This document shows, piece after piece, positions 19,992 through 30,407 of a stretch of DNA of 64,000 nt (positions are counted from its first letter, which is position 1; every line of letters begins with the position of its first letter). This DNA is from Nemertoderma westbladi. Its lineage: Eukaryota; Animalia; Xenacoelomorpha. The translations under genes were made by a program, and so were the position numbers. The notes under the pieces were generated by a model, which was not told the origin of the DNA, did not search any database, and worked only from the letters and a program-made list of their open reading frames with translations. Where the stretch lies: positions 124,001-188,000 of the forward strand of contig JAUCBJ010001846.1 in the NCBI GenBank assembly GCA_032718475.1, read 5' to 3'.

Positions 19992-20990
19992 CTATTTAGG
20001 TAATCTCCATATTAAAAGTTCATGAGATTGTTTAACGTGACTTCCACCATTATTTTTTTCTCTATTTTTACCAACTCTAGTATCGCCTCGCCCAAAAGTG
20101 TATTGCCATTTAGGTGAAGTCATATCGCAGTCCTTATACCACTTTCTTATAGTAGGACAATTATTGTAAGATAAAATAAAACCTCCTTTATGACTTAGTA
20201 ATAAATCCCTCAATAGCTCATGCTTAAAACCATTATGATGAATGGGGAAGTTTCTATGAGGATACATGCCTACAAACATCTTACTGTTTTCACCTAAATA
20301 ATAAGGTGGATCACAATAAAGCATGTCATTAGGATAATTTTTAATTGTTTTTTCAAATAACTGACATCTAACGTCTAATAAAGGAGCGTTAAAGTTTTTA
20401 ACTTTTTCCAGTGTTTTTTTATACCTTTCTTCTTGTAAGTAAACTGTCGATGGCCACCCTAAAAAGTGAGGACCATAAGATGTGTTACTGTTAAAATAAT
20501 AATGAGCAGCTAAATCAATCTTTTTTAATGTTATTTCATTTTCCCAATGTTTTTTCATAACTGATTTTACGTTATAAAATTCTTCTTTATTTGGGCTGAA
20601 TTTTTTTAATGCTGAATAAAGTTTTTTGGGATTATTTATTTGAACTTGCCAGTAATTTACTAAAATATCAAATGCTTTTACTGGTATATTGAGTTCTTTA
20701 GCACAGGCAATCTCTAAAGCTCCGCCACCAATAAAAGGCGATATCAACCCATCTATGTTATCAAGTAAAATATCTATTATCATGCCTACAGCTAAGCTTT
20801 TTCCTCCAGCATATCTTAGAGGTGAACCTAAATATCTTTTGTATTGATTTTTTCCACCATAACTCCTTAATTGATTTAAAAAGTTATCTTTTCGTAGAAT
20901 AAAGTCATTTCTAACATTTAAAAGGTTATAACTCAAAACTTTATCTGATATAACGTCTAACTTCGATTGTTGAAATTGAAAACTATTCAT
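19992..20990 (-). CDS. N6-adenine DNA methyltransferase, Dam/D12 (alpha) class
   Basis: SPLRYAGGKS, PFIGGG (motif I), YCDPPY (motif IV), LSYN. Confidence 0.92.
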   Translation of the reverse strand: MNSFQFQQSKLDVISDKVLSYNLLNVRNDFILRKDNFLNQLRSYGGKNQYKRYLGSPLRYAGGKSLAVGMIIDILLDNIDGLISPFIGGGALEIACAKELNIPVKAFDILVNYWQVQINNPKKLYSALKKFSPNKEEFYNVKSVMKKHWENEITLKKIDLAAHYYFNSNTSYGPHFLGWPSTVYLQEERYKKTLEKVKNFNAPLLDVRCQLFEKTIKNYPNDMLYCDPPYYLGENSKMFVGMYPHRNFPIHHNGFKHELLRDLLLSHKGGFILSYNNCPTIRKWYKDCDMTSPKWQYTFGRGDTRVGKNREKNNGGSHVKQSHELLIWRLPK

Positions 20991-21585
20991 ATTTTTAACT
21001 TCAAATATGTTAGACGTTTACCAAAACAACCATCAATTAGACTGTCAATCCTATCTAGTATATGCCTTTTAACATCTCCGTCATTTAATCTAAAAGTAAA
21101 TTCATTTATATATCTTCTTAAATGCTTAAAGCTCATATTATGATAAACAACATTGTATCCATGTTTAAGTACAGCCCACACGCTTTCGATACCATTAGTA
21201 TGAGCCATGCCATTTACAAACTCTTTGAATGATTAACTGAGCTATGTTTATAACCCTTTAACCCTAAATACGATCGTCAGTATAAACTGTCGACCCTTTT
21301 TCTACGTTCTTATTTATATCGCCTTGTAATGATTCTTTATCTGTGGACTTAATATGCATCACTTTAACTTTACCGCCTCTCTCCCGCAATCCAAATATGG
21401 CGGCTTTCCCTACAGCACCACTTCCTGATTTACTTTTCTTTTTTGAATGTTTATTCTTTTCTTTACCTCCGATGTAAGTTTCGTCTACTTCTACTACTCC
21501 TTTCAGTTTATTAGAATCTATATCATAAGCTTCTCGTAACCTATACAACATAAACCAAGCGGTCTTTTGCGTAATGCCCAAAGCG
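20987..21585 (-). pseudogene. IS1595-family (ISXO2-like DDE) transposase, 5'-truncated and interrupted
   Basis: LGITQKTAWFML.RLRE, VEVDETYIGG, VYTD, HTNGIESVWA.LK, HL.RY.NEF.FRLN; stop at 21264; N-terminal Zn ribbon absent. Confidence 0.92.
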
Positions 21586-24500
21586 TTAAAACTTTGATGC
21601 CGAGGTTAAGGTTATCTAGGTGATTTGTATTGACTAAATTTAAGTAAGACGACTTGCTTTCAAGAAAGGGTTTAGAAAAACCAAGGCAAAGACCAGGGGC
21701 ATAAGATTTCCACAAAAACTCCCCGCCACTGAAGTGATAGCGAAATGTTTTTAGTTTAGTAAGTGGCTGATGGGTATCACCAACTTTTTTAAGTTTAAAT
21801 AAACAGCTAAAAGTATTTTCCCAAACCGTGGAACTTTTGTTATTTAAACGAGTTGGATGACAAACAAAATTTGCATAATTATAAGTGCTAAACACTTCAG
21901 TGCCTTGTTTGATGGGCTCATATTGGTCTTGAGCTTTAATATCAAAACATATAATCAGCATATTGGGCGATTCTTTATCTTTTTTTAACACACCCTTTTT
22001 GCTTGTAATAGCGAATAAATTTTTGCCCACAATTAGTGTTTTGTTATCAGTCAAATAGGCTGGTAGGTTAATTGTTTGATCAGAATCCTTATTCCATGTT
22101 TTAGGTAAATCAATACCTTGTAAAAGGAAGTGATCAGAGGCGATATGGATCGATAAAGTTAGTTTATTTTCATTTAAATTGAGTGCTGACGATAAAGCGC
22201 CTAACAGAAATTTACTCTGCCCATTTAAAATGTTTGCTGTTGCAACGGTTGAGTTAGGTAGAAATTTCCACTGCTCAACAAGTGTGGTTTTTTGGCGATG
22301 CTTGGCAGATAATGTGATGCCTTTTTGACTTGAACCAGAAAACTCTACATTAACATCAAAGGGAATTTCAGTATTAGGTGAGAAAACCAAGCCTTGTTGG
22401 GTATCAAAAAAGCTAGCGGTCTTTTTTTCAGCTGGCACATAGTAAGCTGAAAATAAATTGCCGTTCTCTCCCTTAAAGTACATGGCGACTCGACCGTATG
22501 AATCATCAAGCAAAAAGGGCTTATCAGACGTATAAGCAAAGTCTAAAACACCACCCCGAACACTTAGTCCAAATTGATCCAAAGCGACAATATCCATACC
22601 AGCTGAAGAAGTATTATTTTGTGAGTAAACACTTTTTGTAACCGAAGCAAGTTTTTTGTGAAGGTCAAAACACTGTTGAACACCCTTCTCAGCTGAGGCA
22701 AAAATAGACAAAATTTTATTGTATGTTGCTAGCAATGCATTCAAAAGGTTGGAATCATCATGGGTTAGCAATCTATACGTCCAAAATGTTTGTGACCAAA
22801 AATAGCGATATTGCATACACCGATATTGCCACTACTAGAATGAATTTGAACAATGTATTGGCCAGGTGGGCAATGAAGTTGCATATTTCCAGAACCATTG
22901 GGGGTTGAAAATCGCGTAATTGAGCCGTTAGGATGTAGCGCATAAACACAGAGCGTTAGATCATGAAAATGCTTCGAATTAACACTAACTCTGACGTTTG
23001 AAAACCCATCTTGTGGCTCAAAAAAGAATTGTTTTGCGCTGATGCTAGGATGCTCAAGCGCAACTGTATCTAACCGAAACTGATAAGTGGGGCGAACCCA
23101 ATGTCTCGTCCGCTGTCGATATTTATAAAACCCACGTTCAGAAGGGAACACATACCACCAATCAGCTTTTTGTTGCTTTTGAAAAACGTCCGAAACCTTA
23201 AAATTTCGCCAATCCCAACGTTTTCTATTCCAAGCCACTTGACCAGAACAGTGTTGAATCCACTCTGTTTCCTTGCTCCAAGGACTCCAAGGGCTAAGGT
23301 AGGGGGCAAAAGCAGTATTAATGGGTGTGCCAATGGTGAAGTATTTTCCATCAAGCGTCCAACAATCGTTAAGTACAAATTTAACCAAAAATTCAAGTTG
23401 CCCGCCAAAAATAAAAGATTGGCTTTTGTTTTGAGCGATTGCCTTGCTCAATAAATTCTTTCCTTGCGCAAGGTGATCACGATGTATGCGAACTGAGTCT
23501 ATAACAGCTTGAAGGGATTTTGGGTTAAGTAGTACCGATGAATTTAAAGATTCTAAACTAGGCAGGGCACTAAGTATTTGAACTTCAAGTGGCTTTCCTT
23601 TAGTGGCTAAAAATTGTTTGCTGGCTAGGTTGTGAGCCTCATAAATTAGCTTTTTCAGTGAAAGCCTTTTTAGGCGCAACGTTTCTTTCAAATGCAGGGT
23701 TTGTTTGACATATGAGTTTTCTAATCGAATCGACTTTGTGCTATCAATGGCAGAAACCTCAACAGTAGGCAACGCTAATTTAGATTTTTCAATGTGGCAT
23801 AGGTTTGCGTAATGATCAACATCAAAACTAAGTACACCGATAAAGCGCTTTTTACCAGAGGTATTGGCTTTTTCCAAACCAAAGGCCACAACAACGGTGG
23901 CATCTCCTTTCATGGGTTTGCCGTTGTTTTCACTGCTGGTGTAGTGCATGCATGAAGAGATGCCATGGCTTATAACAGCTGGGGAGCTGTCAGAAAGCGC
24001 AAGGGCGAAGGTATCTTGATGCACACCATATCTGAATGCTTGAATTACTTCCTTGATAGAATGAGTGCTGGATTGGTCTAGAGATGAATATTCACTGAGG
24101 ATGGCTTGAACAATTTTCTCATCTGTCTTGTTCTGGTCAATTTGTTTTTCAATGTAAGTACCAAGCGATGAGGTTGAAATACCTGTTTGTTTTAAAAAGT
24201 CATCTTTGGCGTTTTTTGAAGGTTTTGGGGAGAAAAAATATCATGCACATCATAACCAAAGCTTAGAATATTGAGCTTAGGTGAATTTTCTTGATGGAAA
24301 AATAGCTTCCATTTTTTATCTTGTTGTTTGTCTTTTGTTGTAGTTGCAGGCAACAAAAGGAGGGAAAAACCACTTTGGCTTAGGTTGTTAACGCAGTTTA
24401 ATAGCTATGTTGGTTCATAAAAAAGCTTGTCGTCAACACCTCTATCAGAGAAGGTATCTTTGCTAGAGCCGGGGGTAAGCTTATCCCTACTTCGCTTGTA

Positions 24501-25025
24501 GCGCATTTGTGTAGTAGGTTTTAATTCATTGCCTGCCAGTACAAAGCGGTCAATCAATAAGGTAGAGCCTGAAAAAAAACCGTCCTTGGCGGCTTGCATG
24601 CCAAGTTCGGCACAATCTTGATGTGAAAGTGACTGACGGAATAAATAAATATAAACACCGTCAGAAATAACTTGAAAATTGCCAAGGGCTGTTACTTTTT
24701 CAGTAGAGGAATTAAATGGATCAGTTGTATGAAGGGCGTTTGGGTTTTCAATTAGCCTGTTTTGTTCGTCATGTGCTAAAACTTTGGTGTTTCCTAAAGC
24801 GGCATAACCAAATACGCTAAATTCTTTGGGAAATTTGACACGCCTAGGGGAATTTAGCCAGCAATCTTTATCGTATTGTGTTTTCTCATTGGTTCCGCCC
24901 ATATCAAGGACGTTGTAATAAAATTTTCTGTCCTGATCAATCGCAAAAGCAACAACGGTACCCTTGTGAGAGACAATGGAGTTGTATTCATATTGACCTG
25001 AAAAAACACTGGTATTTGATCTCAT
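21518..25025 (-). pseudogene. N-terminal ~1150 codons of a fragmented giant protein (resembles very large LamG/ConA-domain proteins)
   Basis: HKGTVVAFA, FQVISDGVYIYLFRQ, LLIDRFVL, RYKRSR, FYEPT*LL..NL; nonsense at 24405, frameshifts near 24230 and 22800; GLSVRGGVLDFAYT...YFKG block in the last fragment; family from recall. Confidence 0.65.
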
Positions 25026-25263
25026 AATTCATCAACTTTTATTCATGACAACCCGCAATTTATAACAAAAGTTATAGTGAAATAGAAGCTATGTATTAAT
25101 ACTTAATTAGTTTTGAGCGACTAAAATAATTAACCGAACGAAAAAACCTACCCCAAGCGGGATAAGTGGCGTTGGATACTATAATTGTTTTGTAAAGTAA
25201 TAATTGCAAAAGCCAAATTAGTATGAACACAATCTATACAAGCGATTAATTCAATTATTTTTT

Positions 25264-26490
25264 ATGCGTTTATCTTTATATTTAAGTTGGAAATATTTGC
25301 GGGGTAAGGGCAAAACGCCCCCCCTTGTGATTTGGGTATCTACCTTGGGCATCGCCATCGGTTTTGGGGCACTGATTGTCATTACCTCGGTCATTGATGG
25401 TTTTCAGTGGCAAATTCAGTCCAAGGTGTTTCATTTAGAGCCTTCGCTGGTTTTCTCAAATTTATCAAAGGTGAAAGATGTATCAAAAATACATCAAACC
25501 ATTCAGTCACAACCGTATGTGGACGATGCCATCTTGATGCATAAACAGTCCGATATTGTGTGGGCTGAATCAGGCGCATTTGCACAGGTAAGCATCATGC
25601 GCTTTGATCAAGATGTACAAAGGTTTTATCAACTAAAAGCGGCAGCACCTAAGCTAGTTTGGGAGGCGTTATCGAATAATAAAAATGGCGTGGTGATGAG
25701 TCGTTTTCTAGCCTCACAACTGCGCTTACGTGTGGGTGATTGGGTGCGTTTAAATGTGCTGCCCAAGCAATTGCTAGCTGCCGATAGCAATCATCATTCC
25801 CTTTTCAAAGTGGTGGGGTTGTTTGAAACAGGCCTTCGTTTATTTGATACACGTTTTGTAATGATCAATACAAATGATTTTGACCAGTTGTATCCGAATC
25901 AAAATAATATACAGGCGGCGGTGCGCGTAAATGATTTGCTCAAAGCCGAGTATTACGGCGAGCAGTTGATGGAAAAAATTGGAACACCGGGTATGAAAAA
26001 AAAGGTGTGGAAGGAAGATTATAAAGCTATTTTCCGTGCCCTAGCCCTTGAAAGACAAGTCGCCATTGTGATTATTGTACTCATTATTTTGGTGACATTA
26101 TTTAATGTTATTTCAGGGATATTCATGCAAATTCGTTATAAATTAAAAGATATTGCGCTGCTTCAATTATTGGGGATGTCGCGTTTCTCCGTGGTGCTAA
26201 TTTTTATTTATAGCGGGTTATTTGTGGGTGTGATTGGGGTATTGTTAGGGGCATTCGGCGGTGTGCTGATAGCCAGTTATTTAAATGAATTGTTGGCGTA
26301 TTTTCGTGACCTGTTTGACCCAACAAGCTCGGCGGTGATTTATTTAATTAATTTTCCAGTTAAATTCCAAATAGATCAAATTGTGATACATGGTTTGGGG
26401 ATCATCGCCGTGTGTTTAGTAGCCGCCTGTTTACCCGCTTTGTTTGTTTTTCGGCTTCGTTTTTCAACCATTTTGCGCCATGAAGCCTAG
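25264..26490 (+). CDS. Lipoprotein-releasing ABC permease (LolC/E/F family)
   Basis: LGIAIGFGALIVITSVIDGF; FtsX-like C-terminus DIALLQLLGMS; upstream of lolD. Confidence 0.88.
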   Translation: MRLSLYLSWKYLRGKGKTPPLVIWVSTLGIAIGFGALIVITSVIDGFQWQIQSKVFHLEPSLVFSNLSKVKDVSKIHQTIQSQPYVDDAILMHKQSDIVWAESGAFAQVSIMRFDQDVQRFYQLKAAAPKLVWEALSNNKNGVVMSRFLASQLRLRVGDWVRLNVLPKQLLAADSNHHSLFKVVGLFETGLRLFDTRFVMINTNDFDQLYPNQNNIQAAVRVNDLLKAEYYGEQLMEKIGTPGMKKKVWKEDYKAIFRALALERQVAIVIIVLIILVTLFNVISGIFMQIRYKLKDIALLQLLGMSRFSVVLIFIYSGLFVGVIGVLLGAFGGVLIASYLNELLAYFRDLFDPTSSAVIYLINFPVKFQIDQIVIHGLGIIAVCLVAACLPALFVFRLRFSTILRHEA

Positions 26491-27175
26491 CCCCATTGTT
26501 GAACTTAAAAAGGTAAGCCATGTAATTGACGACCATGGCCAACAAACGACGCTGCTTAATCAAGTGTCGCTAACTGTTTTTGCAGGTGAGTCGCTCGCCA
26601 TTGTCGGTCATTCAGGTTGTGGTAAAACAACGTTGTTGAATTTATTGGCGGGGCTGGATTCACCGACCTCAGGGCAAGTTTATATTGGGGAAAAGTGTTG
26701 GCAGACTTTAAGCCACAAACAAGTCAGTCAAATAAGGCGCTCAACATTTGGTTTTATTTACCAGCATCACCATTTGATTGGTGAGCTGAGTGTATTGGAA
26801 AATATTTTATTACCCGGTTGGATTGATCAAAAAAAACCTAGGCCTGAATTGAGAAAACGTGCGCATGGGTTATTAGTGGATTTATCAATTGAGCATTGTC
26901 AGCATCGTTTGCCTGGCTCACTTTCAGGGGGCGAAAAACAACGGGTTGCCATTGCCCGTGCCTTATTAAACCAACCCCGTTGCATTATTGCTGATGAGCC
27001 GACAGGTAGCTTGGATGAAACAAGCGCCAACAATACCATGGCGCTGCTGCTAAAGTTGCAAGAAAAGATGGGGGTATCACTGGTACTAGTAACACATAAT
27101 ATTAAGCAAGCGGGTTTAATGCAAACAGTGTATAAACTTAATCAAGGGTGCTTGACGCCTGCTGTCTTCGGGTAA
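26480..27175 (+). CDS. lolD: Lipoprotein-releasing ABC ATPase
   Basis: GHSGCGKT, LAGLDSPTSG, GFIYQHHHL, LSGGEKQR, ADEPTG. Confidence 0.9.
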   Translation: MKPSPIVELKKVSHVIDDHGQQTTLLNQVSLTVFAGESLAIVGHSGCGKTTLLNLLAGLDSPTSGQVYIGEKCWQTLSHKQVSQIRRSTFGFIYQHHHLIGELSVLENILLPGWIDQKKPRPELRKRAHGLLVDLSIEHCQHRLPGSLSGGEKQRVAIARALLNQPRCIIADEPTGSLDETSANNTMALLLKLQEKMGVSLVLVTHNIKQAGLMQTVYKLNQGCLTPAVFG

Positions 27176-27602
27176 TTTTTTGACCCATATAATAGCCAAC
27201 ACAATATGTGAGCGGCACCAACAAAACAACAAACACAATGCCGCCTATGGTGATAAAAGCCGTGTAGCTTTCTGTTGTGATATTAAGATGGTGGCTCACC
27301 CACTGTCCAACTTGGTAATAACCATAAAGTAAAAACGGGTAAGTGAAGGGGTTAGCAGGCAAGGTGGCAATGGCCGCCGCGATTAGGTTGCCTTGCAGCA
27401 TGATACAAAAAGCGACTGATGCAGGGATTTGCGCAATGGGCAGTACCAATGACCAAAAAACCCCAATGGACGTGCCACGCGCTATGTATTTAGGTTGTGT
27501 ACTCCATAAGTGCTTTTTTTTGAGGTGTTTCTGGAAGGCTTTTAAATACTTTGACTGGGAGAGTTTTTCTTGATTAAAGTATTTTTTGATTGTCTTTTTC
27601 AT
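27138..27602 (-). CDS. DUF2062-family membrane protein
   Basis: LW...IARG.SIGVF...P..Q, GNL..A, NPFTYP; family usually found next to lolD. Confidence 0.8.
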   Translation of the reverse strand: MKKTIKKYFNQEKLSQSKYLKAFQKHLKKKHLWSTQPKYIARGTSIGVFWSLVLPIAQIPASVAFCIMLQGNLIAAAIATLPANPFTYPFLLYGYYQVGQWVSHHLNITTESYTAFITIGGIVFVVLLVPLTYCVGYYMGQKITRRQQASSTLD

Positions 27603-27673
27603 TCACCTTACATGGGGTTTGTTGTTTACCAAGTTATAAAAGGACTACTTGAATGTAAAGTATACTGCAACCG

Positions 27674-28630
27674 TTAAGGTGATAGGCAACCTTTGATGTT
27701 GTGAGCCAAATTTGACATGAGTGTAGCGTAACGTTGTTTTGGGGGGCCAACTAGTACGCCAATTGGGTCAAGCGTTACTGTTTTGATTGGTTGATGGGTG
27801 GCAAGGGTATGAATAATTTTTGGATTATACTGGGGTTCACTAAGAATGCATTGAATAGATTGTGTTTCAATGGTTTGTTGGATGGTTTGTAAATGTTGGG
27901 CACTGGGGGGTATACCTTCATCGGTTATGACGCCTTGGTTGTTTAGTTGATAGTGAGCTTCAAAATATTGGTAGCCATCATGAAACACCACAAAGGGCTG
28001 GCTTTTGAAAGGGGCAAGTTGTTTTGTAATGGTTTGATCTAGTTGATCAATGGCTAAAAGGGCGTTTTTTAAGTTGGCTTGGTAAATGGCTTGATGTTGA
28101 CTAAATTGTTGGCCCAATTTTTTGGCAATGAAACGTAGCATGTGTTTGGCATTTTGGGGGTGTAACCAAATGTGGGGATCGTGTGCGCCATGATGAGCAT
28201 GTTCATCGTGGTGACGATTGACTGTTCTGGCAGGCAATAGGTTGATATGGGGGGTTTGTGTCATGGTCACGATATTGGCAGGTTGACTATGGGTTTTTAG
28301 TGCTTTGTTTAGGTTGGTTTCAAACTGGACCCCGATTCTAAAAATTAATGCAGCATTTTTAATACTTGAGATATCGGAAGGTTTAATTTGGAAATGGTGA
28401 GGGGATTGTTTGATAGGAATTAAAAGTGCAATAATATGTAGGTCGCCGGTGATCATCTGTACCAACGATTGAAGGGGGGCAATGGTGGCTACAATTGGTC
28501 CATCAGTTGTGGGGTTGTTAGGGGATTTTTGATGATAAAGGTTCAAAAAAAGTGTACCAATAGCCAGTAAAACGACAAGGACAGCTATTAATTTTTTCAT
28601 AGGCTTTAAGATGGTCGTTTTTCTTAACAT
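27674..28630 (-). CDS. znuA: Zinc ABC transporter substrate-binding protein
   Basis: SPHHF, His-rich loop HHDEHAHHGAH, DPHIWL, FHDGYQYFE; divergent from znuCB. Confidence 0.93.
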   Translation of the reverse strand: MLRKTTILKPMKKLIAVLVVLLAIGTLFLNLYHQKSPNNPTTDGPIVATIAPLQSLVQMITGDLHIIALLIPIKQSPHHFQIKPSDISSIKNAALIFRIGVQFETNLNKALKTHSQPANIVTMTQTPHINLLPARTVNRHHDEHAHHGAHDPHIWLHPQNAKHMLRFIAKKLGQQFSQHQAIYQANLKNALLAIDQLDQTITKQLAPFKSQPFVVFHDGYQYFEAHYQLNNQGVITDEGIPPSAQHLQTIQQTIETQSIQCILSEPQYNPKIIHTLATHQPIKTVTLDPIGVLVGPPKQRYATLMSNLAHNIKGCLSP

Positions 28631-28739
28631 TTGTCATGTTAACATTGCTCAGTTATTTGATACGTTAAATTTTTCAATCTTCTTTGGGAAGTTGTTTGAT
28701 GTGCAAAACCATTAAATTAAAATACAAGGGGTTTAACGA

Positions 28740-29480
28740 GTGGGATTAGTTGATCAGGGCGGTCGTTGTGAGGTGTTGCTGTCTGCAAACAATGTATCGG
28801 TGGTGCGTCAAAAACAAGTTATTCTTGATCAGGTGTCTTTAGCGGTTAATTCATTTGATTTTATAACCCTTATGGGTCCCAATGGTGCGGGTAAGTCGAC
28901 CCTTTTGAAATGTTTGATGGGGTTTTTTGCGCCTGACCAAGGTTGTGTGAAAAAAAAATCAGGGATTCGCATCGGTTATGTGCCTCAAGGATTTTCAATA
29001 AGCCCTTTAATGCCGGTTTCGGTGGCCTATTTTTTATCACTTAATCAAACCAAAAAAGATAAGCCTATTGAAGACATTATTCAAAAAACAGGTATTGCTA
29101 ATTTGCTTAAAAAACAATTGAGTGTTTTATCAGGTGGCGAGGTGCAAAAAGTGTTGTTAGCACGTGCACTTTTAAAACAACCGGATGTATTGATACTAGA
29201 TGAACCTACCCAAGGGTTGGATATATCAAGTCAAATAAGTTTTTATAAACTGATTGAATCTGTTTATAAAACGCAGCCATTGGCAGTGGTGATGGTGTCG
29301 CATAATTTGCATTTTGTGATGTCTGCCACCACACAAGTGGTTTGTTTATTTAAGCATATTTGTTGTGCAGGTAAGCCTAGTGTGGTGATTAAAGACCCGA
29401 AGTTTTCTGCCCTTTTTGGGGACGAGGTCGCGCAGGTGATGTCGGTTTATAAGCACTCTCATCATTGTGGTGACCATTGA
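28740..29480 (+). CDS. znuC: Zinc ABC transporter ATPase
   Basis: GPNGAGKST, LSGGE, LDEPTQG, HICCAG, His/Cys-rich tail. Confidence 0.93.
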   Translation: MGLVDQGGRCEVLLSANNVSVVRQKQVILDQVSLAVNSFDFITLMGPNGAGKSTLLKCLMGFFAPDQGCVKKKSGIRIGYVPQGFSISPLMPVSVAYFLSLNQTKKDKPIEDIIQKTGIANLLKKQLSVLSGGEVQKVLLARALLKQPDVLILDEPTQGLDISSQISFYKLIESVYKTQPLAVVMVSHNLHFVMSATTQVVCLFKHICCAGKPSVVIKDPKFSALFGDEVAQVMSVYKHSHHCGDH

Positions 29481-30271
29481 TGTTGGATCATTTTATTGTA
29501 AATGTCCTGATCGCAGGGATTGGTTTGGTGGTGATGACAAGTGTGGCGGGGTGTTTTGTGGTGTGGCGACGGATGGCATATTTTGGCGATTCACTGGCAC
29601 ATTCTGGTTTATTGGGTATTTGGTTGGGTCTTTTTTTGGGTTGGGATTTACATGTATCAATCATGCTAGTGGGTTTGCTTTTTGGTTTGCTGATAACCTA
29701 TTTGAAGCATTTTAGAGTATTGTCGACAGATACTTTATTAGGGATACTCGCGCATGCAAGTTTTGCATTTGGTTTACTTGCGATTGCCTTATCGGGTTAC
29801 CCAAATGTTGATCTACATACCTATCTTTTTGGAGACATTTTAACGGTTGATTTAGCTGATATTTATTGGGTGTTGTTGGTGGGTATGGGGGTAGTCGCAG
29901 CGGTAAGTTTTTATTGGTCAAATTTTGTATTAATGACCATTAGTCCAGCCCTTGCACAGGCTGAGGGAATCAATATTTTTTACCACAACTTAGTGTTGAT
30001 TATTATGATGGCCATAGTGGTTGCCACAGCTATTCCATTGTTTGGTGTGCTGCTGGTAACGGCCACATTAATTATACCGGCCGCCGCGGCTAGGCAGTTG
30101 GCTACATCACCCGTTGGTATGCTTTTTTTAAGTTTATTGTTAGGTGTGATTATGTTGTTGTTAGGTTTTTATTTGTCGTTAATTTATAACCTGCCCGTTA
30201 GCCCGGCTATTATTGTTACAGGTTTTTGCTTACTGATGATTTTATTGTGTTGGCGTCGATATTGGGGTTAG
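29477..30271 (+). CDS. znuB: Zinc ABC transporter permease
   Basis: GCFVVWRRMAYFGDSLAH, DTLLGILAH, YLFGDIL. Confidence 0.94.
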   Translation: MMLDHFIVNVLIAGIGLVVMTSVAGCFVVWRRMAYFGDSLAHSGLLGIWLGLFLGWDLHVSIMLVGLLFGLLITYLKHFRVLSTDTLLGILAHASFAFGLLAIALSGYPNVDLHTYLFGDILTVDLADIYWVLLVGMGVVAAVSFYWSNFVLMTISPALAQAEGINIFYHNLVLIIMMAIVVATAIPLFGVLLVTATLIIPAAAARQLATSPVGMLFLSLLLGVIMLLLGFYLSLIYNLPVSPAIIVTGFCLLMILLCWRRYWG

Positions 30272-30407
30272 TTTTAAGATTATATTTTGGTGTATTGAGC
30301 GTTTGATTTTTTAGAATATGCAGTGATAGTTGTTATTATTGCTTGTAAGGTACTTGAAATGTCAGTATAGTGAGTGTATAAGTTAGTTTTTGAAACAAGG
30401 AGGTTTC

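Larger units (their letters stand above)
19201..21585 (-). mobile_element. IS1595-family element remnant with passenger restriction-modification genes
   Basis: DDE transposase fragments, ATGA overlap into the methylase, candidate terminal repeat GGGCTATATACTT abutting the endonuclease stop; very AT-rich. Confidence 0.7.

Noticed and set aside
28620-28660. Zur box between znuA and znuC
   Set aside because: TAACAT/ATGTTA half-sites are present, but spacing and orientation do not fit the consensus palindrome.
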